Assembly (NCBI GenBank): GCA_934635225.1
Contig: CAKTYZ010000014.1
Span: forward strand, 25,597-89,596
Reading direction: 5' to 3'
Origin: an uncultured Kiritimatiellota bacterium
GTDB lineage: Bacteria; Verrucomicrobiota; Kiritimatiellia; RFP12; UBA1067
Length of the DNA stretch: 64,000 nucleotides
The notes beneath the pieces are model-generated. The model was not told where the DNA came from. It ran no database searches and saw nothing but the letters and a program-made list of their open reading frames with translations. The position numbers and the translations under genes were made by a program. Below, piece by piece: positions 25,873 through 34,286 of this stretch (the stretch's first letter is position 1; each line of letters begins with the position of its first letter).

Positions 25873-26925
25873 ATGGCATGCAATAAGAAGTGCGCGAAGA
25901 AGGCGGCCGCGCCAAAGGCCGCGGAGAAGCTCTTCGAAGGCTACGAGCGTCGTGAGGCGAAGGTTCTCGCCGCGCTGAAGCCCTACGGCATCAAATCGAT
26001 TGAGGAGTGCGCCGACATCTGCAAGAAGGCGGGCTTCGATCCCTACAAGATCGTCGAAGAGACGCAGCCGATCTGCTTCGAAAACGCCAAGTGGGCCTAC
26101 ACGGTCGGTGCGGCAATGGCGATCAAGAAGGGCTGCACGAAGGCGAAGGACGCGGCGGCGGAGATCGGCATCGGCCTTCAGTCGTTCTGCATTCCGGGGT
26201 CGGTTGCGGAGAACCGCAAGGTCGGCCTTGGCCACGGCAACCTCGGCGCGATGCTGCTTGACGATGCGACGGAGTGCTTCGCGTTCCTCGCGGGCCACGA
26301 GTCGTTTGCGGCGGCTGAAGGCGCGATCAAGATCGCCCTCAACGCGAACAAGGTCCGCAAGACGAATCTCCGCGTCATCCTGAACGGCCTCGGCAAGGAC
26401 GCGGCGTACATCATCAGTCGCATCAACGGCTTCACATACGTCAAGACGGCCTTCGACAACAAGAAGGAGAAGCTCCGCGTCGTCGAGGAGAAGGCGTTTT
26501 CGAAGGGTCCGCGCGCGGCGGTCAAGTGCTATGGCGCGGACAACGTCCCCGAAGGCGTCGCGATCATGCAGGCTGAGAACGTCGGCGTTTCGATCACGGG
26601 CAACTCCACGAATCCGACGCGTTTCCAGCATCCTGTCGCCGGCACCTACAAGAAGTGGTGCTGGGAGAACGGGCGCAAGTACTTCTCCGTCGCCTCGGGC
26701 GGCGGCACGGGCCGCACCCTCCACCCCGACAACATGGCGGCGGGTCCGTCCAGTTACGGCATGACGGACACGATGGGTCGCATGCATTCCGATGCGCAGT
26801 TCGCGGGATCCTCCTCGGTCCCGGCGCACGTCGAGATGATGGGCCTCATCGGCATGGGCAACAACCCGATGGTTGGCGCGACCGTCGCCGTCGCAGTTGC
26901 GGTCGAGGAGAGCTTCAAGAAGTAA
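25873..26925 (+). CDS. GGGtGRT-family protein (function unknown)
   Basis: Literal motif SGGGTGRTLHPDNMAAGP (GGGTGRT encoded around 26695-26718), length 350 aa, and downstream motifs GLGHGNLGA and GMGNNPMVG. Confidence 0.8.
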   Translation: MACNKKCAKKAAAPKAAEKLFEGYERREAKVLAALKPYGIKSIEECADICKKAGFDPYKIVEETQPICFENAKWAYTVGAAMAIKKGCTKAKDAAAEIGIGLQSFCIPGSVAENRKVGLGHGNLGAMLLDDATECFAFLAGHESFAAAEGAIKIALNANKVRKTNLRVILNGLGKDAAYIISRINGFTYVKTAFDNKKEKLRVVEEKAFSKGPRAAVKCYGADNVPEGVAIMQAENVGVSITGNSTNPTRFQHPVAGTYKKWCWENGRKYFSVASGGGTGRTLHPDNMAAGPSSYGMTDTMGRMHSDAQFAGSSSVPAHVEMMGLIGMGNNPMVGATVAVAVAVEESFKK

Positions 26926-26966
26926 TCCTCAGGCATTCATTGGCTTTCCACAAGAAAGTTGGAAGA

Positions 26967-26993
26967 CCCCCTTGCGCACGCAAGGGGGTTTTT
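26967..26993 (+). terminator. Rho-independent terminator after the GGGtGRT gene
   Basis: cccccttgcg / cgcaaggggg stem followed by TTTTT. Confidence 0.75.
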
Positions 26994-27001
26994 GATATAC
27001 T
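26993..27001 (+). promoter_or_regulatory. Extended -10-like box TGATATACT, 12 nt upstream of tRNA-Val
   Basis: TGnTATAnT variant directly after the terminator T-run. Confidence 0.4.
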
Positions 27002-27013
27002 ACACCTCAATGA

Positions 27014-27090
27014 GGGCTATTAGCTCAGTTGGTTAGAGCGCTTCCTTGACATGGAAGAGGTCAGTGGTTCGAATCCACTATAGCCCACCA
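27014..27090 (+). tRNA. tRNA-Val (anticodon GAC), CCA encoded
   Basis: Hand-folded cloverleaf: acceptor GGGCTAT/ATAGCCC, D-arm GCTC..GAGC, anticodon arm CTTCC-TTGACAT-GGAAG, T-arm AGTGG-TTCGAAT-CCACT, discriminator A plus CCA. Confidence 0.95.
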
Positions 27091-27114
27091 AAATCAAAGT
27101 AGGTCTCGGCGTAA

Positions 27115-27205
27115 GCCGGGACATGGGGTGCTAAGGGAATGGGTGGTCCCTTTGGCTGAGAAAATACCCATGAACCTGATCCGGGTAATGCCGGCGGAGG
27201 AAGTG
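27115..27205 (+). promoter_or_regulatory. TPP (THI-box) riboswitch
   Basis: GGGGTGC..GCTGAGAAAATACCC..TGAACCTGATCCGGGTAATGCCGGCGGAGGAAG matches the conserved TPP-aptamer core (compare E. coli thiM GGGGUGC..CUGAGAAAUACCC..CACCUGAUCUGGAUAAUGCCAGCGUAGGGAAG). It lies directly upstream of ATG 27210. Confidence 0.9.
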
Positions 27206-27209
27206 ACAG

Positions 27210-28343
27210 ATGAATAAGACGGGTGTCTTCAATCATGGTTTGATTTGGTTTGGCGCGGCGGTGTCCGTAGCCGAAATCGAGGCTGGTTTGCAGTCCGGCG
27301 ACAATTGGACCGCACTGGTTCTCGGGCATTTGCTGGGGGGTGTCTTGCTTTTTGCGGCGGGTCTTTTGGGTGCGCGGACAGGCGAGAACGCGATGGAAAC
27401 GACGCGGCGTGCGTTTGGCGGCTGGGGTATGCGCCTCTTTGCATTGCTCAATGTCCTGCAGCTTGTCGGCTGGACGACGGTGATGATTGCGCAGGGATCG
27501 GCGGCGGCTTCGGCGCTTGCGGGCGGTTGGTCGCCGATCGGATGCGCCGTGGTCTTGGGCGTGTTGGTCGCCGCTTGGGTGCTTATTGGCCTTGATGACA
27601 CGCATCGCATTGCGACGGGCGCAATGGCTCTTCTGGCGGTCCTGTCCGTCTTTCTGACGGTACGTCTCATCGGACTGCCGTCCGTTGAGACGGGCGCGGC
27701 GGAGCCGCTTGGCTTTTGGCCGGCGTTTGAACTCTCCGTCGCCATGCCGCTGTCGTGGTTGCCGCTCGTTTCGGACTATACGCGACGCGCGACGCGTCCT
27801 ATCGCCTGTACGGCAGCCTCGGCTGGCGTCTATACGCTCGTCAGCATCTGGATGTATGCATTGGGCATTCTCCTGACGAGTCGCGGGCAGACGAGCCTGA
27901 CGACGGGCATTCTCGCTTGCGGGCTTGGCATGGCGGGGCTGGTGGTCGTTGTCATTTCGACAGTGACGACGACGTTCTTGGACGCGTATTCGGCGGGCGA
28001 GTCATCTCGGGTCTTCTCGTCTCGGCTGAAGCCGAAAGCCATCGGTGTCGCCGTTTGTGCTCTTGGAACCGTCTTGGCTTGGACGGGCATTGTGGATCGT
28101 TATGTCGGTTTCCTCTGTCTGATCGCTTCCGTTTTTGCGCCCATGGCAGCGGTTTTGCTCGTGAACTGCTTTGTTGTCCGCCGCTCCTGCCCGTGTTGGA
28201 ATGCTGCCGCGTGGCTCGTGGGCACACTGACGTACCATTACGCGTCTGGCTCTCCCATTGGCCCGACCCTGACGGCGTTGCTCGTTTCGGGCGGGCTCGC
28301 GCTGATGGGGCGGCTGTGCAGGCGTTTTCGCGAAGGGCTGTAG
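27210..28343 (+). CDS. cytX: Putative hydroxymethylpyrimidine/thiamine-precursor transporter (CytX-like, NCS1 superfamily)
   Basis: Polytopic membrane protein of 377 aa with N-terminus GLIWFGAAVSVAEIEAG, sitting directly behind the TPP riboswitch. Confidence 0.65.
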   Translation: MNKTGVFNHGLIWFGAAVSVAEIEAGLQSGDNWTALVLGHLLGGVLLFAAGLLGARTGENAMETTRRAFGGWGMRLFALLNVLQLVGWTTVMIAQGSAAASALAGGWSPIGCAVVLGVLVAAWVLIGLDDTHRIATGAMALLAVLSVFLTVRLIGLPSVETGAAEPLGFWPAFELSVAMPLSWLPLVSDYTRRATRPIACTAASAGVYTLVSIWMYALGILLTSRGQTSLTTGILACGLGMAGLVVVVISTVTTTFLDAYSAGESSRVFSSRLKPKAIGVAVCALGTVLAWTGIVDRYVGFLCLIASVFAPMAAVLLVNCFVVRRSCPCWNAAAWLVGTLTYHYASGSPIGPTLTALLVSGGLALMGRLCRRFREGL

Positions 28344-28348
28344 GCGGC

Positions 28349-28391
28349 GCGAGAACGCGCAGGATGCGGCCTGCGCGTTTCTCGCTCTTTT
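28349..28391 (+). terminator. Rho-independent terminator after cytX
   Basis: gcgagaacgcgcagg / cctgcgcgtttctcgc stem (one bulge) followed by tctttt. Confidence 0.65.
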
Positions 28392-28466
28392 GCCGCAGCA
28401 AAAACGCGTCGCTTGTGCGATGCTTGCCGCCGCTGAAATTCGATGTGTCAGCGAGATCCCATTTTG

Positions 28467-28475
28467 TGGTATAAT
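28467..28475 (+). promoter_or_regulatory. Extended -10 promoter box TGGTATAAT, 10 nt upstream of the glyQS ATG
   Basis: Exact 9-mer; ATG at 28486. Confidence 0.5.
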
Positions 28476-28485
28476 ATCGCCCACT

Positions 28486-30129
28486 ATGGCAGAAGAGAAC
28501 AAGTCGTCGTTGGACGCCCTGAGCGCGCTGTGCAAGCGCCGTGGGTTCATCTATCATTCTTCCGAAATCTACGGCGGCATGCCGGGCTTCTGGGACTATG
28601 GCCCGCTTGGCTGCGAACTGAAGGCGAACGTCAAGCAGGCGTGGTGGCAGTTCACCGTTCGCGAGCGCGAGGATGTCGCTGGCTTGGACGCGACGATCAT
28701 CATGCACCCGAAGATCTGGAAAGCGTCGGGCCATCTCGACACGTTCGCCGACCCGATGACGATGTGCAAGGTCTGCAAGAAGCTCATGCGCGCCGACCAG
28801 GTGAAGGACATTTACGCGGACCAGAAGAAGAAACCCCAGCCCAAGGTCGCGGGTTCGGAGTTCTTTTGCCCGTACTGCGGCGGCGAACTGACTGAGCCGA
28901 AGCCGTTCAACCTCATGTTCAAGACGGTCGTCGGTCCGATTGACGATCCGTCGAACGTCGCATATCTTCGCCCTGAGACGGCACAGGCGATCTTCGCGCA
29001 GTTCACGAACGTGACGGCGACCTCGCGCATGACTGTTCCTTATGGCATCGCGCAGATGGGCAAGAGCTTCCGCAACGAGGTGACGCCGCGCAATTACACG
29101 TTCCGCAGCCGCGAGTTCGAGCAGATGGAGCTCGAATTCTTCATCCGCCCCGACGAGGCGATTGAGCTTCAGTACGGTCATGTCGTGACGCTGGCGGACA
29201 ATCCCGACCTCAACGGACCCGTACAGGACGACTGGGGCTGGGAAGTCTGGCACAAGTACTGGGTCGAGCAGCGCAAGAAGTTCTTGAACGCGGTGGGTCT
29301 TCCGACCGAGCACTTCGTCGAGTACTGGCAGAAGCCAGACGAACTCGCTCACTATGCCCGCGCGACGGTGGATATCGAGTATTCGTTCCCGTTCGGCGTG
29401 CAGGAACTGGAGGGTATTGCCGCGCGTTCGGACTTTGACCTCTCGCAGCACCAGAACTACTCAAAGGTGCCGCAGACGGTTTTTGACGATCCGCTGAAGC
29501 AGGCGTGCAAGAAACTTTCCGACGAGCAGAAAGCCGCGTTCATCGAGAAGACCCAGAAGGACTGGGTGGCGCGCAAGCAGAAGGCCCTCTCCGCCAAGGC
29601 AGGCAAAGAGGTCTCCTTTACTGCCGAAGAGACGGCCGATATCGTCGCGAAAGCGAAGACGTTCTGCGAGAACCTGTTTGACGGCAAGTACGTGCCGCAT
29701 GTGATTGAGCCTTCGGCGGGCGTGGACCGTCTGATGCTGGCGCTTCTTTGCGAGGCGTATGAAGAGCAGAAACTGACGGACGAGAAGGGCAGGGAGGACA
29801 TCCGCACGGTCCTTCACTTCAACCCGAAGGTCGCTCCGGTGAAGGTCGCAATTTTCCCGCTCATCAAGAAGGACCCCGATCAGGACCGTCTTGCGCGTGA
29901 GATCTTCCACAAGCTCCAGAAGAAGGTCAATTGCCAGTGGGACGTCTCCGGGGCGATTGGCCGCCGTTACCGCCGTCAGGACGAGGCGGGCACGCCGTGG
30001 TGCATCACCGTTGACGCGCAGACCGTCCAGGACGGCACGTTCACGGTGCGTGAGCGTGATTCGATGGAGCAGAAGCGCATGACGTATGGCGAGTTTCTCG
30101 CGATGATGTATGAGGCTCTGGAGTTCTGA
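28486..30129 (+). CDS. glyQS: Glycine--tRNA ligase (dimeric class II, GlyQS type)
   Basis: LCKRRGFIYHSSEIYGGMPGFWDYGPLG, YLRPETAQAIF, FRNEVTPRN..FRSREFEQMELEFF and PHVIEPSAGVDR. Confidence 0.9.
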   Translation: MAEENKSSLDALSALCKRRGFIYHSSEIYGGMPGFWDYGPLGCELKANVKQAWWQFTVREREDVAGLDATIIMHPKIWKASGHLDTFADPMTMCKVCKKLMRADQVKDIYADQKKKPQPKVAGSEFFCPYCGGELTEPKPFNLMFKTVVGPIDDPSNVAYLRPETAQAIFAQFTNVTATSRMTVPYGIAQMGKSFRNEVTPRNYTFRSREFEQMELEFFIRPDEAIELQYGHVVTLADNPDLNGPVQDDWGWEVWHKYWVEQRKKFLNAVGLPTEHFVEYWQKPDELAHYARATVDIEYSFPFGVQELEGIAARSDFDLSQHQNYSKVPQTVFDDPLKQACKKLSDEQKAAFIEKTQKDWVARKQKALSAKAGKEVSFTAEETADIVAKAKTFCENLFDGKYVPHVIEPSAGVDRLMLALLCEAYEEQKLTDEKGREDIRTVLHFNPKVAPVKVAIFPLIKKDPDQDRLAREIFHKLQKKVNCQWDVSGAIGRRYRRQDEAGTPWCITVDAQTVQDGTFTVRERDSMEQKRMTYGEFLAMMYEALEF

Positions 30130-30164
30130 CATTTGACAAAGGACAACAAGGAAAGCTCGAAACA

Positions 30165-30797
30165 ATGAACATCGTCATTCTGTTGGGAGCCCCGGGTTCG
30201 GGGAAAGGAACGATCGCGGGCCGTCTCGCGAGCGAGAACGGCAATCTGAAGCATGTCTCGTCCGGAGACCTCCTCCGAGGAGCAGTAGCGAAAGGTACGC
30301 CGGCAGGCCTTGAGGCGAAAGGCTACATGGAGAAGGGCGCTCTCGTGCCAGATGCGCTTATCGCCCAGATGATCAAGGACGTGATCGCCGAGACCTCTGG
30401 CGAAGTCACGATGCTTCTTGACGGCTTCCCGCGCAATGTCGCGCAGGCCGAGATCCTGGAGCAGACGGGTGCGCCGGTTCGTTCGGTCGTTCTCGTGGAC
30501 GTGCCGGACGAAATCATCGCCGACCGCATTGCGGGTCGTCGCACATGTCCGAAATGCAAGGCGGGATATCACGTCAAGGCGTTGCCTCCGAAGGTCGAGG
30601 GCGTCTGCGACAAGTGCGGCGCCGAACTCGTCATCCGCAAGGACGACAATCCAGACACGGTGAAGGACCGTCTCATCGTCTACCACCGCGAGACTGAGCC
30701 GCTGATTCTATTTTACGAGAGGAAGGGCCTTTTGCGCAAGATCAACGGCAACCAAGGCCCCGAGAACAACGCGAAGGCTTTCCTCGCGGCAATGTGA
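30165..30797 (+). CDS. adk: Adenylate kinase (Cys4 zinc lid)
   Basis: MNIVILLGAPGSGKGT P-loop; lid CPKC..CDKC. Confidence 0.95.
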   Translation: MNIVILLGAPGSGKGTIAGRLASENGNLKHVSSGDLLRGAVAKGTPAGLEAKGYMEKGALVPDALIAQMIKDVIAETSGEVTMLLDGFPRNVAQAEILEQTGAPVRSVVLVDVPDEIIADRIAGRRTCPKCKAGYHVKALPPKVEGVCDKCGAELVIRKDDNPDTVKDRLIVYHRETEPLILFYERKGLLRKINGNQGPENNAKAFLAAM

Positions 30798-30801
30798 AGC
30801 T

Positions 30802-31572
30802 GTGAAAGTCGACATCAAGAGCAAGGCCGAGATCGCCCGCATGCGCGAGGCGTGTCGGATGAGCGCGGAGATTCGCGACATCTGCGCGAACGCCGTTGCG
30901 CCGGGCGTGACGACGGGCGAGCTCGACGATCTCGTCGTCGCCTATTGCAAGAAGCACAATGTCAAGGCAAGCTTCTACGGGTGCGAGGGCTTTCCCGGGC
31001 ATCTGTGCGTCTCCCTGAATGACGAGGTCATCCACGGCATCCCTTCGCATCACCGTGTGATCATGCCAGGCGACCTCGTGAAGACGGATGTCGGTATCTT
31101 CAGGGACGGTTTCCATGGGGATACGTCGCGCACGGTGATGTTGGGCGTGACGGACCCTGAGGCCATCCGTCTCGTCGAAACGACAAAGGCGTGCTTGAAG
31201 GCGGGAATCGCCGCATGCGGACCGGGCGTGCATCTCGGCGATGTCGGCTATGCGATTGAGTCGGTCGCCGAGGCGGCGGGCTTCGGTGTCGTGCGCGACT
31301 GGATTGGGCATGGCGTGGGACGCACGGTCCATGAAGACCCGGAGGTGCCGAACTACGGCAAGCCAGGCACGAAGCTTGTCCTCCGTCCGGGGATGACGAT
31401 CGCGATCGAACCGATGATTGCATTGACCAAGAAAGGGGAACGGACGCTGGTCCTGGAGAACGATTGGACGGTCGTGACGCGAGACCGCTGTCTCTCTGCC
31501 CATTTCGAGCACACGGTCGCCATCACGGACGACGGGTGCGAGGTCCTCACTTTGCCGGCGGATTATCCCTGA
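30802..31572 (+). CDS. map: Methionine aminopeptidase type I
   Basis: GTG start. VIHGIP, DVGIFRDGFHGD, GHGVGRTVHEDP and IEPMI metal-ligand motifs. Confidence 0.95.
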   Translation: MKVDIKSKAEIARMREACRMSAEIRDICANAVAPGVTTGELDDLVVAYCKKHNVKASFYGCEGFPGHLCVSLNDEVIHGIPSHHRVIMPGDLVKTDVGIFRDGFHGDTSRTVMLGVTDPEAIRLVETTKACLKAGIAACGPGVHLGDVGYAIESVAEAAGFGVVRDWIGHGVGRTVHEDPEVPNYGKPGTKLVLRPGMTIAIEPMIALTKKGERTLVLENDWTVVTRDRCLSAHFEHTVAITDDGCEVLTLPADYP

Positions 31573-31668
31573 AATCCTTAAGCCCGAAGGCGCTTCGGTC
31601 GAATGGCGGCTGATTGCTTGGGGGTGGATGGTCCGCCGGCTTTGACAACTCAGAAAGGAAACGAAAGA

Positions 31669-34263
31669 ATGAATCGAATGACAATGTTGTTGGCGGCGGG
31701 CCTGAGTGCGTTTACGGTCTGTGGCTCTGACGGTGCATCGGGTACGCGCTGTCCGGCGCTCGACGCGGCATCTTGGTCGGAGAGCGTGTGGATTTCGGCG
31801 GTCGACGCCCCGGTGGTTGATACGACTGTCGGAGAGGGCGCGTTGGCGGCACCTGGCACGAGTTGGTTCGTGCGCGAACTCGCGAACGAGGGCGAGGTCG
31901 TTTCCGCGACGTGGATGACGGCGGGCCTTGGCGTCTATGAACTGTATGTAAACGGGGTGCGCATCGGCACGGACTTCCTGAAGCCGGGCTTCACGCATGC
32001 CATGAAGACGAAATACGCCTTCACCTACGACGTGACGGAATCCCTTCGCAAGGGGAAGGGCGAGGCGAACGTCTTTGCGGCCGAAGTCTCGGCGGGCTGG
32101 TGGCGAGACAAGATCGTGACCCCGGCGGGACACAAGGGCTTCATCGGGCGCAAGAGCGCGTTTCGCGGCGTTCTTGAGGTCAAGCTCGCCGATGGCACGA
32201 CGCGTCGTTACGGCACGAATGTGCAGAACTGGAAGGCGGGCATCGCCGGACCTGTCACGCGCGCGTCAATATTCGATGGCGAACATTATGACGCGCGACT
32301 TCAGCCGGGTACGGCGCGCTGGAAAGATTTTGCCGCGCCGGAGGAGAACGACGAGTTCAAGGGCGAGATCTTGCCGACGGATGGAGCGGAAGTCGTGCTG
32401 CGGCGTGACAAGACGCTGAAGCCAGTGAAGGCTTACACGTGGAAGGGCGTCGAGGGCGCGTCGGATGCGGCGTTCGGCAAAGTCAAGGTTGTGCGCGAGT
32501 TCGAGCCAGATGGCCCGATCATGCTGGGCGCAGGCGAGACGCTCGTCGTCGATTTCGGACAGAATGCGGCAGCCGTCCCCTCCTTCCGCTTTTCGGCTCC
32601 TGCAGGGACAGTCCTGACGGCACTCCCGGCGGAGATGCTCAACGACAACGGCGGCCTCAAGTCGCGTGGCAACGACGGCCCTGAAGGCAGCGTCTACCGC
32701 GTCAACCTGCGTTCGGGCTATCAGAACGGGCGTCTCGTTCAGTATACGTTTGCGGGGACGGATGTCGAGGCGTATCTGCCGCGCTTCACCTTTTTCGGAT
32801 ACCGCTACATCTCGGTCACGGCGACGGCACCTGTCCAGATCGCGCGCTTTGAGAGCGTGCCGGTGACATCCATCACAAAAGAGATGGAGCGAGGTTCGCT
32901 CGTGACGGGCGACAAGGACGTGAACCAGCTCATCTCGAACGTTTACTGGGGGCAGCTCTCGAACTACCTTTCCGTGCCGACGGACTGTCCGCAGCGCAAC
33001 GAACGTCTCGGATGGGCGGCTGACACGCAGGTCTTCTGCGAGGCGGCGAGCTTCAATGCGAATGTCTACGACTTCTTGCGCAAGTGGATGCGTGACGAGC
33101 GCGACAGTCAGGACCCGCGCGGCGGTTTTCCGGGTGTCGCGCCGTTCGGGCAGTACGGCAACGACCCGATGCGTCTGGGCTGGGCGGACGCGGGCGTGAT
33201 CGTCCCTTACCAGATGTTCAAGCAGTTCGGCGACCGTCGCATTGTAGATGAGAACTGGGCGGCAATGGCGAAATTCGTTGCGCGCGTCAATGAGACGAAA
33301 TACGCTCACGAGGCGATCGCCGCGGAATGCGGCGACTACCAGTGGAACGACTGGCTTTCGCTCACGAAGTTGGAAAGTTGCCCGTACAAGCCTGAATATT
33401 CTGCGTTTGAGAAGGGTCCGGACGGTCGGAGACGCACAAAGTCGGATGCGCTTCGCTACTGGGACTACCTCGGCGGATGCTATTGGGCGTGGGATGCGCA
33501 GATGATGTCCGAGATGGCCGAGCAGACGGGGCGCACGGCGGAAGTCGCAACATATCGCGCAATGTCCGATGCGGCGAAGGACTACTTGAAGAAGAACTTT
33601 TTTGCGACGGACGATGGAACGATTCTGCCGCTCTTCAAGGGCATGCAGACGCCGGCGCTCTTTGCGCTCAAACTCGGCCTTGTTGCGGGCGAATCCAAGG
33701 CGAAGACGATTGCCGACCTTGAGGCGAGCATCGACGCGGGCGGCGGCACGCTGCACACGGGCTTCCTCGGCACGTCCATCGTGATGGACACGCTGACCGA
33801 GAACGGACTCGCCTCGCGTGCCTATTCGCTTCTGCTCAACCACCAGTTCCCGGGTTGGCTCTATTCGGTCGATCAGGGCGCGACGACGATCTGGGAGCGC
33901 TGGAACAGCTACACGAAGAAGGACGGCTTCGGGCCCGTCGGCATGAACAGCTTCAACCATTACGCCTATGGCGCGGTACTGGCTTGGATTTACAAGACGG
34001 CGGCGGGCATTGCCGCAGATCCGAAGGTCCCGGGCTTCAAGAACATTGTCATGGCGCCGGTCCCGGATCGCCGTCTTGGCTCAGTCAAGGCGGTGTACAA
34101 GTCGGCGGCGGGCCTGATTCGCAGCGCATGGCACTTTGAAGGTTCGGAATGGGTTTGGTCGTTCACGGTCCCTGCGGGCGCGACGGCTGACGTATGCTTG
34201 CCTGGCGAGACGACCATCCGTCGGTATGTCGCGGGTGATTACGTCCTTCGCAAGAAGCTTTAA
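31669..34263 (+). CDS. Alpha-L-rhamnosidase (GH78), secreted
   Basis: Signal peptide MNRMTMLLAAGLSAF; PTDCPQRNERLGWAADTQVF and the typical GH78 length. Confidence 0.85.
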   Translation: MNRMTMLLAAGLSAFTVCGSDGASGTRCPALDAASWSESVWISAVDAPVVDTTVGEGALAAPGTSWFVRELANEGEVVSATWMTAGLGVYELYVNGVRIGTDFLKPGFTHAMKTKYAFTYDVTESLRKGKGEANVFAAEVSAGWWRDKIVTPAGHKGFIGRKSAFRGVLEVKLADGTTRRYGTNVQNWKAGIAGPVTRASIFDGEHYDARLQPGTARWKDFAAPEENDEFKGEILPTDGAEVVLRRDKTLKPVKAYTWKGVEGASDAAFGKVKVVREFEPDGPIMLGAGETLVVDFGQNAAAVPSFRFSAPAGTVLTALPAEMLNDNGGLKSRGNDGPEGSVYRVNLRSGYQNGRLVQYTFAGTDVEAYLPRFTFFGYRYISVTATAPVQIARFESVPVTSITKEMERGSLVTGDKDVNQLISNVYWGQLSNYLSVPTDCPQRNERLGWAADTQVFCEAASFNANVYDFLRKWMRDERDSQDPRGGFPGVAPFGQYGNDPMRLGWADAGVIVPYQMFKQFGDRRIVDENWAAMAKFVARVNETKYAHEAIAAECGDYQWNDWLSLTKLESCPYKPEYSAFEKGPDGRRRTKSDALRYWDYLGGCYWAWDAQMMSEMAEQTGRTAEVATYRAMSDAAKDYLKKNFFATDDGTILPLFKGMQTPALFALKLGLVAGESKAKTIADLEASIDAGGGTLHTGFLGTSIVMDTLTENGLASRAYSLLLNHQFPGWLYSVDQGATTIWERWNSYTKKDGFGPVGMNSFNHYAYGAVLAWIYKTAAGIAADPKVPGFKNIVMAPVPDRRLGSVKAVYKSAAGLIRSAWHFEGSEWVWSFTVPAGATADVCLPGETTIRRYVAGDYVLRKKL

Positions 34264-34286
34264 GAGTCCCTTTGGGAGGGTTGCTG

